The notes below the pieces were generated by a model. That model saw only the letters and a program-made list of their open reading frames with translations. It was not told the DNA's origin and searched no databases. A DNA stretch of 64,000 nt, taken from positions 164,973 through 228,972 of IMG/VR virus record IMGVR_UViG_3300032293_002041; one strand, 5' to 3'. Shown one piece after another: positions 60,991 through 64,000 of this stretch; position 1 is the stretch's first letter, and each line of letters starts with the position of its first letter. Position numbers and translations under genes: made by a program.

Positions 60991-61182
60991 ATGGTAGGTG
61001 ATTTTATTCTGGTGTGGGCTTGGCTGGGGCTTATGCTTTTTGTTTTGGGGTGTGTCTACTTTCTCTCTATTGTGGGGGAAGTTTGGCAGAGAATAAATGA
61101 GTATGAGGCTATGAGGGCCAGGGGTTTTACTCTTATGAAAGATGATAAGGGTGATGATTTCTGGGTGGGATACGGGGATTGA
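60991..61182 (+). CDS. 63-aa single-pass membrane protein
   Basis: ILVWAWLGLMLFVLGCVYFLSIVG; GGAG RBS. Confidence 0.7.
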   Translation: MVGDFILVWAWLGLMLFVLGCVYFLSIVGEVWQRINEYEAMRARGFTLMKDDKGDDFWVGYGD

Positions 61183-61206
61183 CCGAATAACAATGGAGAT
61201 ACAAGG

Positions 61207-61317
61207 ATGTATCAATTTGATTTTGTTAGTGTCGCTTTCGGCTATATTTGTGGTATCGTACTGTATGCTAGTATGTCAAATATCATGTATATGGAGGAAA
61301 ATGATGAAAGTGAGTGA
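61207..61317 (+). CDS. 36-aa membrane peptide (MYQFDFVSVAFGYICGIVLY...)
   Basis: Manually translated; GGAG upstream. Confidence 0.5.
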   Translation: MYQFDFVSVAFGYICGIVLYASMSNIMYMEENDESE

Positions 61318-61381
61318 CTACATATTGTGGGGGGTGTGTTTTATAATCGGCTGCACCATGACGTATCTCCTTCACCAGTAA
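61301..61381 (+). CDS. 26-aa membrane peptide running into E8 (MMKVSDYILWGVCFIIG...)
   Basis: GGAGG RBS; stop lies inside the left site of E8. Confidence 0.45.
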   Translation: MMKVSDYILWGVCFIIGCTMTYLLHQ

Positions 61382-61443
61382 GGATTTACGACCAGTCCGG
61401 CCCGCCCCGCGAAGCGTAAGTGCTTATGTTGCAACACTTTACG
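61362..61443. repeat. 82-bp cassette element E8 (core inverted)
   Basis: CGTATCTCCTTC-ACCAG-TAAGGATTTACG / accagtccggcccgccccgcgaag / CGTAAGTGCTTA-TGTTG-CAACACTTTACG. Confidence 0.9.
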
Positions 61444-61486
61444 ACAAACTTACAGCATTGTAAGGAAACTTTACTGCTGAAGGGTA

Positions 61487-61515
61487 TTGACAGTTGACGA
61501 TAATAGGTATAGAAT
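61487..61515 (+). promoter_or_regulatory. sigma70-type promoter with GACGATAAT box
   Basis: TTGACA-N17-TAGAAT. Confidence 0.85.
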
Positions 61516-61542
61516 GGTAGGACAAGAAAGAAAGGGAGTCAA

Positions 61543-61740
61543 ATGCTAGAAGTTGGGAATAAGGTTTCGGTGCTGCTGCCATACTGGGTTCAAGTCCATG
61601 ATCGCGTTGAGCCATATGTTAACGCTACGGTTGTGAAGGTTTCCGAAAACACCGTCACAGTAGAATATGATGCTCCAGATACATGGAGTGGTAAGGCATG
61701 TCTGGTTGTTAATGATCTAGGCCGGATTTCCAAGATTTGA
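61543..61740 (+). CDS. 65-aa SH3/KOW-like protein
   Basis: MLEVGNKVSV...ATVVKVSENTVTVEYD; TGA inside the next TTGACA. Confidence 0.7.
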   Translation: MLEVGNKVSVLLPYWVQVHDRVEPYVNATVVKVSENTVTVEYDAPDTWSGKACLVVNDLGRISKI

Positions 61741-61764
61741 CAACAGGGAAAAGTTTGGTAGAAT
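61737..61764 (+). promoter_or_regulatory. sigma70-type promoter
   Basis: TTGACA-N16-TAGAAT; shares GGGAAAAGTTTGGTAGAATAC with the promoter at 59405. Confidence 0.75.
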
Positions 61765-61789
61765 ACCAACACAAGAAAGAGAGAGCAGA

Positions 61790-61969
61790 ATGACGAATAC
61801 TTTCTACTGTTTGCAATGTGATGCTGATTGTGGGCCTTTTAAGCATTGTTGTGCTTGCGAGGACAATCCTGAGATGCAGAATGTTCAACATCCCGGCTTC
61901 ACCTCTAGTGCGGAAATTCAGCAGGAAATCGACGCAGAAGATTTCTGGTACGAGTATGATCAGCGTTGA
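61790..61969 (+). CDS. 59-aa Cys-rich acidic protein
   Basis: Manually translated; CLQC...C...HCCAC; TGA inside the next TTGACA. Confidence 0.7.
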   Translation: MTNTFYCLQCDADCGPFKHCCACEDNPEMQNVQHPGFTSSAEIQQEIDAEDFWYEYDQR

Positions 61970-61994
61970 CAGAGTTGATTAGGCTTGGTAGAAT
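61966..61994 (+). promoter_or_regulatory. sigma70-type promoter
   Basis: TTGACA-N17-TAGAAT. Confidence 0.75.
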
Positions 61995-62037
61995 AAGCCC
62001 ATACTCTATAATAGAAGAACAAGAAAGAGAGAACAGA

Positions 62038-62259
62038 ATGAAGAACGAACTCAATGATGGAGAACTGGTTCAGTGTGACAATAAGTGGTTTGGCCGGGTG
62101 TGTGATTTTGCTCGCACCGAAGATGGCGAGATTGTTGCATACTACGTGGTTCCTCTTGACGACAGAGAGAACACATGGGTTGACAGCGATAACATTGTTT
62201 CCTATGCTGCTCTTCGTGCAGCTTTTGGCCCGATTGACTATATCGAAAAGTCTCTCTAA
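62038..62259 (+). CDS. 73-aa SH3/Tudor-like protein
   Basis: LNDGELVQC...GRV...YYVV...TWVDSDNI. Confidence 0.65.
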   Translation: MKNELNDGELVQCDNKWFGRVCDFARTEDGEIVAYYVVPLDDRENTWVDSDNIVSYAALRAAFGPIDYIEKSL

Positions 62260-62269
62260 AAATCCTTGA

Positions 62270-62351
62270 CATAAACCCTTGCTGCGTAAACACTTACGAC
62301 GAGCGGGGCGGGCCGCGTTCGCTGTAACTCTTTATTTACCAACACTTTACG
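62270..62351. repeat. 82-bp cassette element E9
   Basis: CATAAACCCTTG-CTGCG-TAAACACTTACG / acgagcggggcgggccgcgttcgc / TGTAACTCTTTA-TTTAC-CAACACTTTACG. Confidence 0.95.
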
Positions 62352-62413
62352 GTAACTGCAAAATTTTTCATCTTTGGCACGAAATTATATTTTGGAATTT
62401 TCCAAGTTTCTGC

Positions 62414-62442
62414 TTGACGCTGGTCGATAATAAGTGTAGAAT
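62414..62442 (+). promoter_or_regulatory. sigma70-type promoter with GTCGATAAT box
   Basis: TTGACG-N17-TAGAAT. Confidence 0.8.
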
Positions 62443-62479
62443 GACAGCATCACGAACGGAAACCACAAGGAACAGAATC

Positions 62480-62653
62480 ATGCTGAACTTCGACGAGATC
62501 AACGACATTCTGAACGACATGGCCGAAGCGGGTATTGTTGAGCCGATGGTCGAGCCGATTGACGATCCCAGCGTGGAAGTCAATTTTTGGGATTGGGCAG
62601 ACATTGTTGGTGCTGTTGAAGATTTTGTCCCAGAGGAGTATGATCATGCTTAG
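62480..62653 (+). CDS. 57-aa acidic protein with no Lys or Arg
   Basis: MLNFDEINDILNDMAEAG... Confidence 0.7.
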   Translation: MLNFDEINDILNDMAEAGIVEPMVEPIDDPSVEVNFWDWADIVGAVEDFVPEEYDHA

Positions 62654-62720
62654 TACGATTGCTTTTGTTGTTGCATACGTTGGCCTGTTTTACATCACCA
62701 CCATCATGAGGGATTGGTAA
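62646..62720 (+). CDS. 24-aa membrane peptide (MLSTIAFVVAYVGLFYITTIMRDW)
   Basis: Bridges neighbours with overlapping start and stop. Confidence 0.45.
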   Translation: MLSTIAFVVAYVGLFYITTIMRDW

Positions 62721-62980
62721 TGAGTTACGAGTATGACGATTTCGAGGATTTTTTCAGTGCGGATTCTGACCCTAATGGAGACGGCGATTACGATCCGTCG
62801 TATGACGATGATTCGTTTGATGATAGTATGGATGGTGATGCTGAATCTGCGTTGGCTTCCGCTGGATGGGGAACAGATGAGGATTACGGCTGTTATGGGG
62901 ACGATGGAGTAGAGGATTTCCACTCTGATGAGGCTGTAGGGTTTGTTGATTATAATGAAGATGGCCCATACGACGACTGA
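62720..62980 (+). CDS. 86-aa hyper-acidic protein; DNA-mimic candidate
   Basis: About 32 Asp/Glu, no Lys/Arg; DGDAESALASAGWGTDEDYG. Confidence 0.7.
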   Translation: MSYEYDDFEDFFSADSDPNGDGDYDPSYDDDSFDDSMDGDAESALASAGWGTDEDYGCYGDDGVEDFHSDEAVGFVDYNEDGPYDD

Positions 62981-62989
62981 GCCATTCGC

Positions 62990-63071
62990 CCTAAACCCTT
63001 TGTGCGAAAGCACTTAGGGTCAGCGGGGCGGGCCGCTTTTGACGTAAGTCCTTGAAGCTAATAGACTTAGG
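62990..63071. repeat. 82-bp cassette element E10
   Basis: CCTAAACCCTTT-GTGCG-AAAGCACTTAGG / gtcagcggggcgggccgcttttga / CGTAAGTCCTTG-AAGCT-AATAGACTTAGG. Confidence 0.95.
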
Positions 63072-63099
63072 ATAAAAAAGAATTTTTTAAGATACCCTC

Positions 63100-63128
63100 T
63101 TGCATTGGTCGATAATATATGGTAGACT
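63100..63128 (+). promoter_or_regulatory. sigma70-type promoter with GTCGATAAT box
   Basis: TTGCAT-N17-TAGACT. Confidence 0.65.
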
Positions 63129-63170
63129 AGTGTGTAATCACTAACCAAACCCCCAGTAGGAAACTGTAAG

Positions 63171-63620
63171 ATGATCAACGTCAACCTCTCGCTCTCTCTC
63201 ACCTCTGCTCTCTCTCTGCTCCGCAACACCAGCATCTCCGACACTATTCGTGACGAAATCCAGAGAGCCATTGAAATCGGCTTGTCTCAGTGCGATAGCG
63301 ATGTCAAGCCTACTCGTCATATGAATCTGACTCTGAAAAGCGTCCCTGTCAAAGAGAAGATTCACTGCATTGCTGCCGTGAGAAACACTCTGCTGTGGGG
63401 TCTGAAAGACAGCAAGGATTTCGTTGACGTTGTGTTGGGTAAACTCGACCTTGAAAGCCCCGGCATCGAATCATATGACAGTGCTGGCTATTGGTCTCCC
63501 GTCTATAAGGGTGGAACCCCTAACACTCTGACTGAGCGTACCGAACTGGTCAAAGAGCTGGCAAAGCAGCTTAGTGAGATTGGGTGCGAGGTTTACACGG
63601 ACACTTACAACTGCACCTAA
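63171..63620 (+). CDS. Protein with ribosomal bL12 (L7/L12) C-terminal-like domain
   Basis: KIHCIAAVRNTLLWGLKDSKDFVD resembles K.AVIKAVR..TGLGLKEAKDLVE; P.TL...VKELAKQLSEIGCEV resembles P..LK...AE.LKK.LEEAGAEV. Confidence 0.7.
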   Translation: MINVNLSLSLTSALSLLRNTSISDTIRDEIQRAIEIGLSQCDSDVKPTRHMNLTLKSVPVKEKIHCIAAVRNTLLWGLKDSKDFVDVVLGKLDLESPGIESYDSAGYWSPVYKGGTPNTLTERTELVKELAKQLSEIGCEVYTDTYNCT

Positions 63621-63702
63621 TTTAAACCCTTATGGCGTAAACACTTACGTCAAACGGGGCGGGCCGGATTTGCTGTAACTCCTTATGCTATAACACTTTA
63701 TA
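63621..63702. repeat. 82-bp cassette element E11
   Basis: TTTAAACCCTTA-TGGCG-TAAACACTTACG / tcaaacggggcgggccggatttgc / TGTAACTCCTTA-TGCTA-TAACACTTTATA. Confidence 0.95.
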
Positions 63703-63735
63703 TCAACCTTACGGTATTGCAAGAAAAATTTTCAT

Positions 63736-63763
63736 TTGACAGCTAAAGTTTCTATGCTATACT
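63736..63763 (+). promoter_or_regulatory. sigma70-type promoter, GTCGATAAT box just downstream of -10
   Basis: TTGACA-N16-TATACT-T-GTCGATAAT. Confidence 0.7.
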
Positions 63764-63793
63764 TGTCGATAATAGAGTAGAGGGAGAAACAGA

Positions 63794-63958
63794 ATGACGA
63801 CCGTGATGGTTTTCGATATCTGGACAGATGAGTTGCTGGACAGTGTGTCTGCTGCAACTTCATCCGAAGCGTGGAGTGAGGCGTGGGACAAGTGGGGTTG
63901 GCCCGATTGTATGGGTGCTGATGTTAGGTTTAAAGAGGTGAATGATGAGTCGGTATGA
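63794..63958 (+). CDS. 54-aa Trp-rich acidic protein
   Basis: Manually translated; MTTVMVFDIWTDELLD... Confidence 0.65.
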   Translation: MTTVMVFDIWTDELLDSVSAATSSEAWSEAWDKWGWPDCMGADVRFKEVNDESV

Positions 63959-64000
63959 TGACTGGAATGAGGACGATGATTCGGACGATGGCTATGATGC
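63942..64000 (+). CDS. Start of another acidic protein (MMSRYDDWNEDDDSDDGYD...), truncated by window edge
   Basis: Open reading overlapping the previous stop. Confidence 0.4.
   Translation, partial: MMSRYDDWNEDDDSDDGYD

Noticed and set aside
61142-61381. Single 79-aa ORF
   Set aside because: Better explained by two RBS-preceded peptides (61207 and 61301), though this is not certain.
55852-63365. Minus-strand ORFs and N-terminally extended plus-strand starts in the array (e.g. 57270, 58135, 59144, 59405, 60560, 62279)
   Set aside because: The extensions start at the TTG of -35 boxes or run through elements. True starts follow the purine leaders, and the minus-strand ORFs are shadows of those leaders.
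56505-63673. G-quadruplex in element cores
   Set aside because: Only two GGG tracts per core, not enough for an intramolecular three-tier quadruplex.
55828-63702. CRISPR array
   Set aside because: Repeats are 82 bp and degenerate, intervals are about 550-930 bp and contain promoters and genes, and no cas genes are present.
55828-63702. Canonical integron/attC array
   Set aside because: No intI in the window, no RYYYAAC/GTTRRRY ends, and cassettes carry their own promoters. Kept only as an analogy.
55828-63702. Canonical dif/pdif sites or MITEs
   Set aside because: Inner ends read TTA-N5-TAA rather than the dif ATAA-N6-TTAT, and no target-site duplications are visible.
1-64000. Stop-codon reassignment, tRNA/rRNA genes, inteins or introns
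   Set aside because: Long ORFs are intact in code 11, I recognised no cloverleaf or rRNA-like segment, and terL, portal and MCP have ordinary uninterrupted lengths.

Overview
Fragment of a large, AT-rich tailed phage (Caudoviricetes) genome in standard genetic code, with three parts. (1) 1-43.7 kb, minus strand: virion and packaging module. It holds many tail-fibre/adhesin genes (including a 4061-aa protein), major capsid, decoration, protease/scaffold, portal, large terminase, ERCC4 and HNH nucleases, gmd and a phage sigma factor. A GTGTAT motif recurs upstream of these genes, and a GC-rich mosaic patch lies at about 22.1-24.4 kb. (2) 44-55.3 kb: glycan synthesis/modification cluster (RgpF-like, GT8-like, methyltransferase, two sulfotransferases, SGNH hydrolase). 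(3) 55.8-64 kb, plus strand: the most unusual part, an array of about 30 tiny genes split into cassettes by 11 copies of an exactly 82-bp element. Each element is two 29-bp palindromic sites (12-5-12) in inverted orientation around a 24-bp GC-rich core. It usually starts at or near the upstream stop codon and is followed by a sigma70-type promoter carrying a G(A/T/C)CGATA box. The core is inverted in two copies, and paralogous genes recur in different cassettes, suggesting a recombination-driven cassette system. No recombinase is encoded in this window. A Planctomycetota/PVC host is a tentative inference only. All protein calls come from motif recognition, not database searches.
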